Below, piece after piece: positions 9,530 through 19,793 of a DNA stretch of 64,000 bases (position 1 is its first letter; each line of letters begins with the position of its first letter). The DNA lies in IMG/VR virus record IMGVR_UViG_3300034418_011250, positions 24,935 to 88,934 of that record; one strand, given 5' to 3'. Origin of the DNA: a virus. The notes beneath the pieces were generated by a model, which saw only the letters and a list, made by a program, of their open reading frames with translations, did not search any database and was not told where the DNA came from. Made by a program: the position numbers and the translations under genes.

Positions 9530-10810
9530 TTATCCTTTATGTTGTTTCCAAAGATCAGCATCAGCTGTTGTTCTTGTTTTTCCACCTGTAATAAAACTAT
9601 TTACACGAGCATGTCCCCATTGTTCGGGAGTTGTTCCTGGACGATGCCCTGTTCTCCATGCGGCAACACCACGTTTAAATACTTTTGTAAGAATTCCAAC
9701 AGCAATCCCAGATGCCTTTGCTTTCTTTTCTAATGATGAATCTGCAGATTCATCATATAGTTCTGGATACTTTTTCTTGACTGCTTGAGTATATTTGGAT
9801 GGTTTCGTTTCCGCAGTCTTATCTCCAGGAGCAGGTTTATAAGCAGATGGATCATTGTCATCTTTTTCTGCACCTTTCTCAAAATGTCTGGCTCTTGCTG
9901 CCTTTGTTGACTTAGACATCTCATCACCATCAGCATCTTTTGCATAATATTTTGCTGGTTGAGATCCTTCTCGATCCTTAATATCAGAATCTTGTTTTAC
10001 TTCTCTTAATTCAAACAACCAATTCTTATGAATGGTTCCATCAGCTTCAGCAAATACCAAATAATTTGTGCCTCTTCTTACAACTTTACCATATGCTCCA
10101 GTATTAATATCTTCAACAATATCTCCGATATTAAAAATCTTTCCATTCACATATGCATCTCTTAGTTTATGATCATCAGTTGTTTCTGCTACTCTGTTAA
10201 TAAATGATTCTTTTACTCCCATTGCCATTCTTACATCATCAAACAATTTCTTTCCATCACCAAATCCTTTTGGCAATCCTTTAGAAAAAGAATTAAAGTC
10301 GTTTGATGCTGCAGCTGCTCGCATCTTAGATGCTGACATTCCTGTTACACCTTCAGAATCAGGATCTCTTTCACCAGCTGAAACGATTTCTAGTTTATTG
10401 AATTTGTAATAACCATGTCTTGCTTCAACGCCATTGTATTTAGACAAAAGTTCTGTGAATTGTTTAACACGATCACCACCAACTACCATGATGCAACTGG
10501 TGTAACCTTTTTTATGTAAGGATACAGCAACATCAATTGGTGTTTTATCAGTGGCAGAAGCTATAATGTTAGAAGAGTATTTTGGAAACATCTTCTTCAT
10601 ATATGCTATCTTCTTAGCATATGGTAGTGGATCTTTTGTTGGCGATTCAGAGTGGGAAGCGTAGATGAAAAAGTCAGCATTGTTTTTACTTGCAACAGAT
10701 GCTACTTTTTTTAATAACTTTTCATGCCCGATAGTCGGTGGGTTAAATCTGCCAAAAGTGAAGAGTGCTGTCTTCTCACTTGCTTCCATGAAATCAAAAA
10801 ACTTTTGCAT
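9530..10810 (-). CDS. Cytidyltransferase-like (HIGH-family) nucleotidyltransferase fused to SH3-like and DUF5824-like domains
   Basis: FTFGRFNPPTIGHEKL, VVGGDRV, SAGERDPD, MSASKMR; C-terminal VFKRGVAAWRTGHRPGTTPEQWGHARVNSF. Confidence 0.8.
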   Translation of the reverse strand: MQKFFDFMEASEKTALFTFGRFNPPTIGHEKLLKKVASVASKNNADFFIYASHSESPTKDPLPYAKKIAYMKKMFPKYSSNIIASATDKTPIDVAVSLHKKGYTSCIMVVGGDRVKQFTELLSKYNGVEARHGYYKFNKLEIVSAGERDPDSEGVTGMSASKMRAAAASNDFNSFSKGLPKGFGDGKKLFDDVRMAMGVKESFINRVAETTDDHKLRDAYVNGKIFNIGDIVEDINTGAYGKVVRRGTNYLVFAEADGTIHKNWLFELREVKQDSDIKDREGSQPAKYYAKDADGDEMSKSTKAARARHFEKGAEKDDNDPSAYKPAPGDKTAETKPSKYTQAVKKKYPELYDESADSSLEKKAKASGIAVGILTKVFKRGVAAWRTGHRPGTTPEQWGHARVNSFITGGKTRTTADADLWKQHKG

Positions 10811-10813
10811 GTT

Positions 10814-11200
10814 TTATTCCTTGCTGGATTTCTTTTGACTAATTCTTTCCATTTCTTGTTTTTTCAAAACAGGAATCATTTTCAATGCCATCTTTTTAAT
10901 AGCAGCAGATTTACTTTCAATTTTTTTGTCAATTGCTACCTTTTCTTGTGGTGATTTTGCCAAGTAATCAGATTTACTTAATCCTGTTAATTTTTCAATA
11001 ACTTTTATCTTAGCTATTTTCATGGCACGTTTCAACAAATCTTCTTTTGAAGATATTTTTGCCATCTTCTTTTCTCTTTTCTTTTGAAAAGCTGATGTTT
11101 TAGCCATTTTAGCCATTCGTATTGCTGCTTTTTTCCTCTGAGCAACACTCATGGTTTTCTTTTCATTAAGTTCTTCTAATAATTCTTTAAATTTTTTCAT
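10814..11200 (-). CDS. Basic helical hypothetical protein, probable internal head protein
   Basis: MKKFKELLEE N-terminus, Lys-rich. Confidence 0.55.
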   Translation of the reverse strand: MKKFKELLEELNEKKTMSVAQRKKAAIRMAKMAKTSAFQKKREKKMAKISSKEDLLKRAMKIAKIKVIEKLTGLSKSDYLAKSPQEKVAIDKKIESKSAAIKKMALKMIPVLKKQEMERISQKKSSKE

Positions 11201-12441
11201 TTGTCCCAACTTTTTATAGCAGTAAAGTTATTAAAGGAAAATTCCATTCTATCTACAATCTTAACTGCTTCACCAGTAATTCTATCAATAGCTACATATC
11301 CCTCTGGAGTAGTAACTTTAAATCCATTAGCAGTCTTTATAAATGTGTCAGTCAACTGTTTAATACTATTTAGTTTTTTGAGAATTTCTAGTTTTGCAAA
11401 CACCAAATAATTCTGAAAAGTAATCAACTGTTCTATGTTATTAATATGTTTTTTCAACTCACGAATCGTTTCGTCTTTTTTATTTTGTAGAACTTGTTTA
11501 TTTTTTTCTGTTTTTAATTTGTCAATGTTTTTCTGAAACGCATTATCTACCCATTCCAAATATCCTTGAGCATGTGCTCTAGGATTCGAGATTGTCTCTC
11601 CTGCTCTTACCTTTGAATTATTATAAGTCTTCAATGATGCTCCGACCATATTTCCTGTAAATGAATTCTGCATGTCCAGAAAACTTCTAAACAATGGAGC
11701 ATTTATTTTATGAAAAGTTTTTCCAGCATTCGAAACATGTCCTGTCAATACATCAGTTTCTGCTTTTGTCATTACAGCTGAACCAGAAACATCTTTATAT
11801 GTTGCATCATCCATCCAAACTGATGATATTTTATTTAGTTTCGAAATATTTGCGCCAAAACTGGCAGACATATCTTGTAATGCATTTCCTGTGTAAGTTG
11901 TATGCCATACAACTCCAATTTTGGAAATGGCAATTTTCTTTCCTAACTCAGAATTAATCGGAACCGCATATACAATAGTATTAGGCTGAAAAGTATAATA
12001 CTTGACACCATCAATAGTTTCTCGTTTGATGTCGTCAGTAAACATCAAGTCTCCCTGAAGAACACCTTTGATTCCAAGTTTTGGAAATTCCTCAAGTGCA
12101 ACTTTAAATTTTTTGTTCAGAGAACCTTTTATATCATCATCAATTTCTTGATTTGTTTTATAAAGTTTTGGAGTTGCATTGAAAACAGATTTCTTGGCTA
12201 CAAAAAATTTGCCATCAGAAGGATCGATGCCTGCAAAAATAGCAGGAGCACCATCCCATTTGACAGTCATATTAATAGAAGATCTTGATCCACCTGCAAG
12301 CATATCACGCAGTGATCTTAAGAAATTAATTGCAGCACGACCACCATCAATACCAAAATTGATTATTTGATCTTCGATGTGTTCCAAATGCAGATTTTTA
12401 TTTTCTTTTCCTTCAGCCAGAAAATCATTAAAATTTATCAA
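11197..12441 (-). CDS. DUF6267-like ATP-dependent (RNA) ligase-fold protein
   Basis: NLHLEHIED; TVKWDGAPA (ligase motif I KxDG); LQGDLMF; PEGYVA; KIVDR. TTG start with GGAG SD. Confidence 0.7.
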   Translation of the reverse strand: MINFNDFLAEGKENKNLHLEHIEDQIINFGIDGGRAAINFLRSLRDMLAGGSRSSINMTVKWDGAPAIFAGIDPSDGKFFVAKKSVFNATPKLYKTNQEIDDDIKGSLNKKFKVALEEFPKLGIKGVLQGDLMFTDDIKRETIDGVKYYTFQPNTIVYAVPINSELGKKIAISKIGVVWHTTYTGNALQDMSASFGANISKLNKISSVWMDDATYKDVSGSAVMTKAETDVLTGHVSNAGKTFHKINAPLFRSFLDMQNSFTGNMVGASLKTYNNSKVRAGETISNPRAHAQGYLEWVDNAFQKNIDKLKTEKNKQVLQNKKDETIRELKKHINNIEQLITFQNYLVFAKLEILKKLNSIKQLTDTFIKTANGFKVTTPEGYVAIDRITGEAVKIVDRMEFSFNNFTAIKSWDK

Positions 12442-12470
12442 ATCTATCTCCAAATTCTCTTATATCAAAA

Positions 12471-12478
12471 TATTTATA
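12471..12478 (-). promoter_or_regulatory. T4-type late promoter TATAAATA
   Basis: Exact match in the gap between gp41 and the DUF6267-like gene. Confidence 0.8.
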
Positions 12479-12482
12479 ATGA

Positions 12483-13862
12483 TTACATTTTAAAGTCTGA
12501 GAACTTTTCATAATTAGATTGAATTCCAATATCCAAATCAACTCCTGAATCTTGTATATCATTTTGGGCATTCTGTTCACAATCATACAACTTCATTCTA
12601 CTACGATCAACGCCAATCACAAATCTTTTATTAATTGCTGGATCATTATATCGATTCTTCAATTGCTTGACCATAATCTGATTTAATTTTTCAAGTTCTT
12701 CTGTTACAATCAGAGCAATCATTAAATCTGCAGTTGCAGGAAGTCCAAATGATTCTGAAGTATCTGTCAAATCAACATCTGAGTTTGAATATCCTCCTCT
12801 GGTTGTTTGAGTTGCACTGACAATGGGAACATCATTCTCTACAGCCAATCCTCTTAATTCCTCAGCAATTGCCTTTACATACATGTATGATCCAACATTT
12901 GCATTTGTTTTGAATCTAGAGGAAGCACAAATGTTCAAATAATCAATAAAGATTATATCTGGTTTGAAAGATTTCTTCAATGCCAATTCATTGATCAACG
13001 CACGAAAATGCCCAGAATGTGCTGCAGCAGTCGGATACTCTTTTATTATAAGTTTACCCTGTGTTTTTTTCTGAATCTTATCTAGTCTGTCTGTAAACAT
13101 CTTTTTGGAAATTGTTTCCAAATCTGTAATAGGAATATTCATCAAATTAGCATCGATTCTTTCTGCAATCTTTTCCTCAGCCATCTCGAGAGTAATATAC
13201 AAAACATTTCTATTCTGAGAAAGACAGCTGGCAGCATAATGACACATGAACAATGATTTACCAACACCAGTTCCAGCAAGTGCAATGTTCAATGTTTTGG
13301 GTGATAATCCACCTTTTGTAATTTTGTTTAAAAACTCAAGATCGAATTCAATTTTTTCTTCTTTACGATGATAAAACTCAAATCTAGATTCACCATCCTC
13401 AATATAGTCATGTCCAACATGATTATCAAATCCAACAGAAAGTGCTTCAGTTAGAATATTAGGAAGTGCTTCAGGAGAAAGTTTTTTATCTTTTCCTTGA
13501 ATAATTCCAATGCCTTTAAGAATTGCATTATAGACAGCTTTGTCTTTACAAAATTTTTCTGTAGTTTGTACTAACCATTCTTGATCTACATCAGTTTTGT
13601 CAAGATTTTTTATTTCTGACAGAATAGTTTTATATTCTTCATCGGAGAGATCTCTTCTATTGTCAAGATCAATTTCTAGAGATTGTTTGGAAGGAAGATT
13701 TTTGTATTTAAGAATAAATTTTTGAATTTCTTCAAATAATGTTTTATCCTTTCTTTCGTGAAAATATTCTGATTTTAAAAATGGAAGTATTTTTCTGGCA
13801 TACGGCTCATTGTAAATTAACTGAGATAGTATCGTCTTCTCTATCGTTATTTGTTCCGACAT
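12483..13862 (-). CDS. gp41: Replicative DNA helicase gp41
   Basis: LAGTGVGKS Walker A, ITLEMAEE, IDYLN, SESFGLPATAD, KQLKNRY. Confidence 0.97.
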   Translation of the reverse strand: MSEQITIEKTILSQLIYNEPYARKILPFLKSEYFHERKDKTLFEEIQKFILKYKNLPSKQSLEIDLDNRRDLSDEEYKTILSEIKNLDKTDVDQEWLVQTTEKFCKDKAVYNAILKGIGIIQGKDKKLSPEALPNILTEALSVGFDNHVGHDYIEDGESRFEFYHRKEEKIEFDLEFLNKITKGGLSPKTLNIALAGTGVGKSLFMCHYAASCLSQNRNVLYITLEMAEEKIAERIDANLMNIPITDLETISKKMFTDRLDKIQKKTQGKLIIKEYPTAAAHSGHFRALINELALKKSFKPDIIFIDYLNICASSRFKTNANVGSYMYVKAIAEELRGLAVENDVPIVSATQTTRGGYSNSDVDLTDTSESFGLPATADLMIALIVTEELEKLNQIMVKQLKNRYNDPAINKRFVIGVDRSRMKLYDCEQNAQNDIQDSGVDLDIGIQSNYEKFSDFKM

Positions 13863-14157
13863 GAAATCCTTCTTTTTTATTTAATGCTAGTTCTAATAAT
13901 TCTTCAATAATCACGCATATAATATCTGCCAATTCCTCTTTGTTTAGTTCATTTTCTGGAATATCATTATATTTCAATATATCCCAATCAAATGATAATG
14001 TATAAGTTCCATCATCATTTTCTTTATTAGCAAATTTTATTTGTCCATAACGATATACAATTCCTGCATATTTTCCTGCATCTTCTAACAATTCTATCGA
14101 CGCTAATTGATTTAAATTGTTGTCCATTTCCAATATTTTATACAATTTCTTTTTCAT
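13807..14157 (-). CDS. Hypothetical, syntenic with T4 gp40 (head vertex assembly chaperone)
   Basis: Lies between uvsX and gp41; GIVYRYGQIKF...LSFDWDIL. Confidence 0.45.
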   Translation of the reverse strand: MKKKLYKILEMDNNLNQLASIELLEDAGKYAGIVYRYGQIKFANKENDDGTYTLSFDWDILKYNDIPENELNKEELADIICVIIEELLELALNKKEGFHVGTNNDREDDTISVNLQ

Positions 14158-14167
14158 TCCTTTTCCT

Positions 14168-14713
14168 TTAAATGTAGTGCAAATAGCTTCCAACTATATA
14201 TTTTGGTTTTTTGATAGGTTTTAATCCAGCATGATAATGAGTCCATAATGGTGGAAACATTAACACCTTTCCAATCTTCGGTTTTATTTTTATATTAAAG
14301 TCTGGGAATACGGTATCACCACCTTTATTATTATTTAAATATATGAAAAAAACCAAAAATCTTTTTGCTGATGCATAATCTGTAACATCTACATGAGTTC
14401 TAAATTGATCTCCATTATCTGGTAAATATCTCTTCATTCTAAAAATTTCAAATCCATATTTTTCTGGAAATCTATGTAATTCTATCTTTAAATCACTAAC
14501 ATATCTGTATACTAAATTTTTTAAAACATTTTCTAAAATGTCAGAAAAATATTCCCATTCTTTATGTAATTGCAATTTAACTTGAGTAAATGAATAAAAA
14601 CTATCTATACATTCTCTTTCATGATGCTCTGTTTTCTTTTCAAAGAAATCTATAATTTCTTTACAAAAATCTTCAGAAACAACGTTGTTATAACATTTAA
14701 TATAATTATCCAT
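14168..14713 (-). CDS. 2OG-Fe(II) oxygenase (prolyl-hydroxylase-like)
   Basis: HVD...FIYLN...GGDTVF...[11 protein letters not shown]...KYIV. Confidence 0.85.
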   Translation of the reverse strand: MDNYIKCYNNVVSEDFCKEIIDFFEKKTEHHERECIDSFYSFTQVKLQLHKEWEYFSDILENVLKNLVYRYVSDLKIELHRFPEKYGFEIFRMKRYLPDNGDQFRTHVDVTDYASAKRFLVFFIYLNNNKGGDTVFPDFNIKIKPKIGKVLMFPPLWTHYHAGLKPIKKPKYIVGSYLHYI

Positions 14714-15764
14714 TCAATAACTCAATTTCTGTAGATTCTTCAGTCTCCTCTATTTTCTGCTGTCCATATTTAAATTCTTTTTTGGCAAAATCATCAAGTT
14801 GTTTCATAATTTCTTCTGTAAAGAATTTCTCAGGATCATTGTTAATTGTTTTTCCAAATGTTTTTGATCCATCTGGCAATTCAATTCTTGTTGATACTGC
14901 TTTGAATATTCCATGCTTCAATGCAAGTTCCAGCAATCCATAATAGCGATCCAATCCACTGTCATACATCAATCTAACATCAACTTGTTTATTCTCAACA
15001 GTCAATCTAGATTTAGCATTTTTACAATGAATTATATTTCCTACAACTTCAGTCCCATCCTTTTCTTTCTTCTTTGAAAGATACACAATAGAACTAGCAG
15101 CATATTTTAATCCTGAACCACCACCCATTTCTTTGGCAGGAAACATCGAACCAACAACATCATAGGTATGATTTGTGACTACCATAGGTATTTTAGCACG
15201 TCCAAGTTTAAGTGTCAAGACTCTAAATGCAGCTTTGATCACCTGAGCTCGAGTCATATCTCTTGTTTCTTTACCATCAGATGTATCTTCGACTTCTTTG
15301 GTTGTTGAAAGCATGCCAAGAGAATCCAGACAAATCATCATTGGTTTTTTATTATCAGATTCAATATATTTGTCAAGAACTTTTATTGCTTGCGTTCTAA
15401 ATTCCTGAACTGTGGTGACTGGAAGTATCACCATGCGACTCGGATCAATTCCTCTGTCAATAATCATCTGCTTTGTAATAGCAGATTCTGATTCAAAATA
15501 CAAAACTCCTGCCTCTGGATTAGAATCTAGAAAACTCTTAACCATTCCCAAAACAAAAAATGTTTTGCCTGTTGCCGACTCACCTGCAATGGCAGTAATC
15601 TTATTTGATGGTAATCCTCCGAAAATAGAGCCAGAAAGAAGTGCATTGAATATATATGATCCAGTATCAATGAATGAATCAACATCTCCTGCCTCAACAC
15701 CATCCGATACCAATGCAGCGTATTCATTTCCAGCAATCTTTGCTATTTCTTGAAAAAAATCCAT
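14706..15764 (-). CDS. uvsX: RecA-like recombinase UvsX
   Basis: [32 protein letters not shown]. Confidence 0.95.
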   Translation of the reverse strand: MDFFQEIAKIAGNEYAALVSDGVEAGDVDSFIDTGSYIFNALLSGSIFGGLPSNKITAIAGESATGKTFFVLGMVKSFLDSNPEAGVLYFESESAITKQMIIDRGIDPSRMVILPVTTVQEFRTQAIKVLDKYIESDNKKPMMICLDSLGMLSTTKEVEDTSDGKETRDMTRAQVIKAAFRVLTLKLGRAKIPMVVTNHTYDVVGSMFPAKEMGGGSGLKYAASSIVYLSKKKEKDGTEVVGNIIHCKNAKSRLTVENKQVDVRLMYDSGLDRYYGLLELALKHGIFKAVSTRIELPDGSKTFGKTINNDPEKFFTEEIMKQLDDFAKKEFKYGQQKIEETEESTEIELLNG

Positions 15765-16168
15765 TATACATCCTTCTGCGCTCTTTTCTCAGAGCGAATC
15801 TTTTCAAATCCATTAGGATATCGTTGTTCTAACTTTTTAATATTTGCTTGTAATATGTCCTCAATAGTAACACCCAATGACATGCAGCCTTGTGCCACAT
15901 ACCACATGACATCACCAAGTTCTTTCACCATATGCTCTTTGACTTCAGCATTCAAATCTTTTCCTTGAAACAAACATTTTTTGACTAGATCACCAAATTC
16001 ACCTGCTTCAGCTGATAATCCAAGTGCAGCTGTGATCAATCTTTGAGGTGGAACTGCATGCTGGTTTTCCATTTTTGAAAGTGATGCGTCAAACGGAAAC
16101 TTTAGTCTTGACTCCTCACTTGTCACACTATTCACAAATGCAACATAATCTTCTGTAAATTTACTCAT
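15764..16168 (-). CDS. mazG: MazG-like nucleotide pyrophosphohydrolase
   Basis: [15 protein letters not shown]...KELGDVMWY...[10 protein letters not shown]. Confidence 0.88.
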   Translation of the reverse strand: MSKFTEDYVAFVNSVTSEESRLKFPFDASLSKMENQHAVPPQRLITAALGLSAEAGEFGDLVKKCLFQGKDLNAEVKEHMVKELGDVMWYVAQGCMSLGVTIEDILQANIKKLEQRYPNGFEKIRSEKRAQKDV

Positions 16169-16745
16169 CTATAGATTCTCCATTCATTTTTAGTTGATTC
16201 ATACACCATCTGATGTGCTCTTTCATCTGAGAAACTGTAAGAGCCTTGGCATGCTCTCGTATCATGACTTCTGGACCTTGTCTTCCATCAACAGGAGGTA
16301 ATGATCCATAAACACTTTTATATTCAGAAATCAATTCTGATTCTTTTCCATGAGCTTTCAGTTTAATCTCTGGACCATATCCCATTGGAAAGTATGCTAC
16401 ATACAAATGTCTTTTGTTTTCTTCTCCGTAGATTGCTCGGAAATACATTCCGTTCTCGTATGGATTCTTTTGACTCAATCCACGAATGACTGTTCCTGAG
16501 AAATCTAATGTTCTTGAGCAGATTCCTCTTGCAGTCGAGCTACCAGCTGTTCCAATATAAATCACACGCTCATCTAAATGATCAGGTGTTTCATTTACAA
16601 TCTCACCTGTTGGATCGTATGCATAAAGATAACAACCACCCATGTTAAATCCACGATCATCTTTTTTCGCAAAACCAACATAATCGTTGTCAAACTTGGC
16701 TCGTTGATCATTGGGGAAGATTGACAACCACTTTGTAGCTTTCAT
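16161..16745 (-). CDS. Putative GIY-YIG superfamily nuclease
   Basis: GCYLYAY...VIYIGTAG...ICSR...KESELI...YGSLPP. Confidence 0.55.
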   Translation of the reverse strand: MKATKWLSIFPNDQRAKFDNDYVGFAKKDDRGFNMGGCYLYAYDPTGEIVNETPDHLDERVIYIGTAGSSTARGICSRTLDFSGTVIRGLSQKNPYENGMYFRAIYGEENKRHLYVAYFPMGYGPEIKLKAHGKESELISEYKSVYGSLPPVDGRQGPEVMIREHAKALTVSQMKEHIRWCMNQLKMNGESIDE

Positions 16746-16804
16746 AACAAATCCTGCATTAAATTAACATTCACTAACAATCTGGATTTATTATCTTCTT
16801 TCCC

Positions 16805-17371
16805 TTAGGAAATGTCAAGCATTTTTTTCATGAATTCTACAATTTTTTCTGTATCATCTGGAGTCTCGTGAACAAACGTCTTCACGCAGCCTTCTTCCTC
16901 TCCGAAAAGAGTAGCTCGTGGTCCAAAATGCTCAAGAATATTTTGAACCTTTGTCTTGGTAGTCTGAATGAATTTTTCAGATTGATCAGATCCTCTTTCT
17001 TTGTATCTTCGTTGTCTTTCTTCATCTGAAACTGTCAAGTGAATAATTGTCAACGAATCACCACATGATTCAAAAAACTTCTTGTTGTTGAGACGATCTC
17101 CTTCGCCCACAATCATCTCATTTGTTCTCAAAACATTTGAAATCCAATCAATTGCTTTCGGAGCCACTGCCATCGAAAGTCGATCTGTTCCTCCAAAAAC
17201 TTCTTCATCATTATATTTTCCAAGCACTCTCAATTTTTTTTCTTTAATATATTGAGTATCAAGTAAATCAGCTGGACGATCATCCTTCCAACCTTCAAAT
17301 CCACTCATAAAGTTTCGCATCACAGTGGTCTTTCCAGTTCCTGGAATACCAATCAAATAAACTATCTTCAT
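16805..17371 (-). CDS. P-loop kinase of DNA-modification clusters (candidate 5-hydroxymethylpyrimidine DNA kinase)
   Basis: GIPGTGKT, LGKY...FGGTDRLSM, EGDRL, RYKERGS; overlaps the TET/JBP stop. Confidence 0.75.
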   Translation of the reverse strand: MKIVYLIGIPGTGKTTVMRNFMSGFEGWKDDRPADLLDTQYIKEKKLRVLGKYNDEEVFGGTDRLSMAVAPKAIDWISNVLRTNEMIVGEGDRLNNKKFFESCGDSLTIIHLTVSDEERQRRYKERGSDQSEKFIQTTKTKVQNILEHFGPRATLFGEEEGCVKTFVHETPDDTEKIVEFMKKMLDIS

Positions 17372-18792
17372 TGAAAAAATCCTTCTAATGTAGGTTTTTG
17401 AGCATATGCTTCTGGATGATATTCTTGCACCATATCCCTTCCACCTTTGTCCTCTAGAAAATCATACCATTCTTTCTCATTGAACATATTCGGTGAAACA
17501 CCATTCCAATATTGTTTCCAAAGTCTATGACCTTTATTCAATCTCCTTGTGTCAACAAAGTTTTTACGAATAGCTTCATATTCCCATGATCCAAGATTAT
17601 CCATATCTTCACGGAAATAGAATACTAATGACATTCTCATCATGTTTTCTTCACCAGAATCTGGAGCAGTAATCGGTGTATTCCCATGAATAACACGCAT
17701 GTTGTCAATTAGCAAAAGATCTCCAGGTCTGACATTGACAGCCATCCGAACTTCTGGAACAACCAAATATCCACCTTTCCAGTCTTTGTTATCCTTTGTG
17801 ATTACTGTTAGATTGCTATATCCAGCATTCAAAGAACCTGCATCTCGATGACATGCCATTCTGGCATTTCTTTCCTTTGTTGTTGTATTGACAGTAATCG
17901 TGGTGAATGTAGTATCTTCGCCAATGAGAAATTTATTGTCGAGTCTATCAGCAAATTCTTGTTGTGCCAAATGTCGATTTGGCATTAGTCTTTTGAATTC
18001 TTTCTCCAGTTTTCTAGCAAACGGATAACATTTTGCAAACTGCTCAAGATTATTATCAGTATATGCTGTTGCTCTTCCATATGGAATTCTTGGATATCTT
18101 CCATAGTAACCAGCAATACCTGACCAAAGACCAGCAGCATATGCTGTATTTGAAATCCATTTTTCTCTTACAAGTTTTGAAAACTTTGTTGCCTCTTCAA
18201 TTGGCATTGCTTTTATTCTACTCACCAGCTTAGGAAAAAATCCATCATATTCAGGATAATCTTGTTCTACAACATCTCGCAACCAACAGAATCCTCTGGT
18301 ATTCTTGACATATTTTCCAAGATGTTCTTCCATAATAGTCTGTAATGGATCTGTTCCATCAAGACTTTTTGGTTGTCCTGCCATAAAATACTCAAGCACA
18401 TCATATTGATATGGTGTTACCCATTCTCTTCCTGCTAGCTTTTCTGTTTTTGGACCAGCTGCGAGTCCTCGATTATGAGATTCAGCTGCAGCATCAAACA
18501 ATCCTTCAAATGCACCTTGTTGTTCCTCAGCAGTAAAAACATTTTTTCTAAATTTAAAAGCAATTTTGCTTTCATCCGCAAGATCTGTATGATACTCTTT
18601 TTTATCATAATTGTATTCAGGTGGAAAGTATAAATCTGTATCACTATCAATCAGAATATCATATGATTCATCATTAACATATGTTCCCAAAACTTTTTCT
18701 TCATCAAGAACCTGCATGGCAACATAAACATCTTGTCCTTCATCCCCTTTATATTTCTGCCACTTATTTCCATTTATTTCTAAAATTTCCAT
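17368..18792 (-). CDS. TET/JBP-family 2OG-Fe(II) dioxygenase (pyrimidine 5-methyl oxidase)
   Basis: NRGLAAG, SGIAGYY, FTTITVN, HRDAG (HxD), HGNT, RMSLVFYFRE. Confidence 0.85.
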   Translation of the reverse strand: MEILEINGNKWQKYKGDEGQDVYVAMQVLDEEKVLGTYVNDESYDILIDSDTDLYFPPEYNYDKKEYHTDLADESKIAFKFRKNVFTAEEQQGAFEGLFDAAAESHNRGLAAGPKTEKLAGREWVTPYQYDVLEYFMAGQPKSLDGTDPLQTIMEEHLGKYVKNTRGFCWLRDVVEQDYPEYDGFFPKLVSRIKAMPIEEATKFSKLVREKWISNTAYAAGLWSGIAGYYGRYPRIPYGRATAYTDNNLEQFAKCYPFARKLEKEFKRLMPNRHLAQQEFADRLDNKFLIGEDTTFTTITVNTTTKERNARMACHRDAGSLNAGYSNLTVITKDNKDWKGGYLVVPEVRMAVNVRPGDLLLIDNMRVIHGNTPITAPDSGEENMMRMSLVFYFREDMDNLGSWEYEAIRKNFVDTRRLNKGHRLWKQYWNGVSPNMFNEKEWYDFLEDKGGRDMVQEYHPEAYAQKPTLEGFFQ

Positions 18793-19793
18793 CAGAATGC
18801 CTCCAGTCCCATTAATTGTTTTGTAAATGTATTGTTGTAATCTATAACACCTGTATTTAGAAAAATTTCCATCTTTGTTTTGTTTATTTTGTTTATCAAG
18901 TATTCTCTTCGTATTGACTCATCTCTACATTGCCATAATGGTGTCCAGTCAATTCCATCCCAACCATCACGCTCTACTTGTTTAATTTCTTCAGCTTGTC
19001 GATCTAGATAATAACCAAGATATCTGCCATTTCTTTTACGGAATAGTTTTTTGAATGAACAAAGACATGTTTCCATTGCAAAATAATCAGCCTTGTTTGC
19101 TTGTTCTGGAAACAATGCTTTAACCTCTTTAAGAATCTCAGATCCTTGACTTTCCATCCAATCAATTTGATCTTGATCTAGAACCTTGTCAACCCAATCA
19201 TCTTTTCCAAGAGCAAAGCATAATCCATTTCGATGTGATCTAGATCCTGAATAATCTTTCAACCAAAGATTATCAATATCAATATTTAATCCGCATGTTT
19301 GTTTTAAAGTTTGAATATAGAACCATGACATGTATCTTCCATACTTGTGCCATGTGTTTACTTCTTTCCAAAGATTATAAAAATTGGTAAATGGATCTTC
19401 TGTGAACAAACTTTGGAATGCTTCAAGTTGACTTCTGCCACCTACCCATTCTTTGTATGAAAGAAATTGAGCAGGAAGATGTCCTTTATTCCATTTTGTG
19501 TCTGTTTGGTATCTGAGTCTTTTGTAATTTTCAGTATTCCATTGCTCAAGTCGATCGACTCCAACAAGTTCCATGTCAGGAAATTCATTCCAGATTACGT
19601 ATGCAGTCGGAAAATGATAAGTTGTGCCATATATCCATGTGATCCAAAGTCTTTGTTCGATATTGAATTCAAATCTGTCATAAAAATAATTCAACATGTA
19701 AAGAGCAGGATCGCAATCATCTATAATCAGCGACCATCCAAACCAATCAATGAATGCTCTTTTTCTATTTTCCAGCAAACGATAATCCATCAA
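18792..19793 (-). CDS. aGPT-pyrophosphorylase clade 2 / amino acid:DNA transferase (helix-hairpin-helix fold)
   Basis: DCDPALY, KYGRYMSWFY, SHRNGL, METCLCSFKK, RYLGYYLDR. Confidence 0.75.
   Translation of the reverse strand: MMDYRLLENRKRAFIDWFGWSLIIDDCDPALYMLNYFYDRFEFNIEQRLWITWIYGTTYHFPTAYVIWNEFPDMELVGVDRLEQWNTENYKRLRYQTDTKWNKGHLPAQFLSYKEWVGGRSQLEAFQSLFTEDPFTNFYNLWKEVNTWHKYGRYMSWFYIQTLKQTCGLNIDIDNLWLKDYSGSRSHRNGLCFALGKDDWVDKVLDQDQIDWMESQGSEILKEVKALFPEQANKADYFAMETCLCSFKKLFRKRNGRYLGYYLDRQAEEIKQVERDGWDGIDWTPLWQCRDESIRREYLINKINKTKMEIFLNTGVIDYNNTFTKQLMGLEAF

Noticed and set aside
14168-14713. Small 2OG-Fe(II) oxygenase as part of the DNA modification pathway
   Set aside because: Generic prolyl-hydroxylase-like type common in marine phages, separated from the cluster by uvsX and lacking the clamp-type tail.
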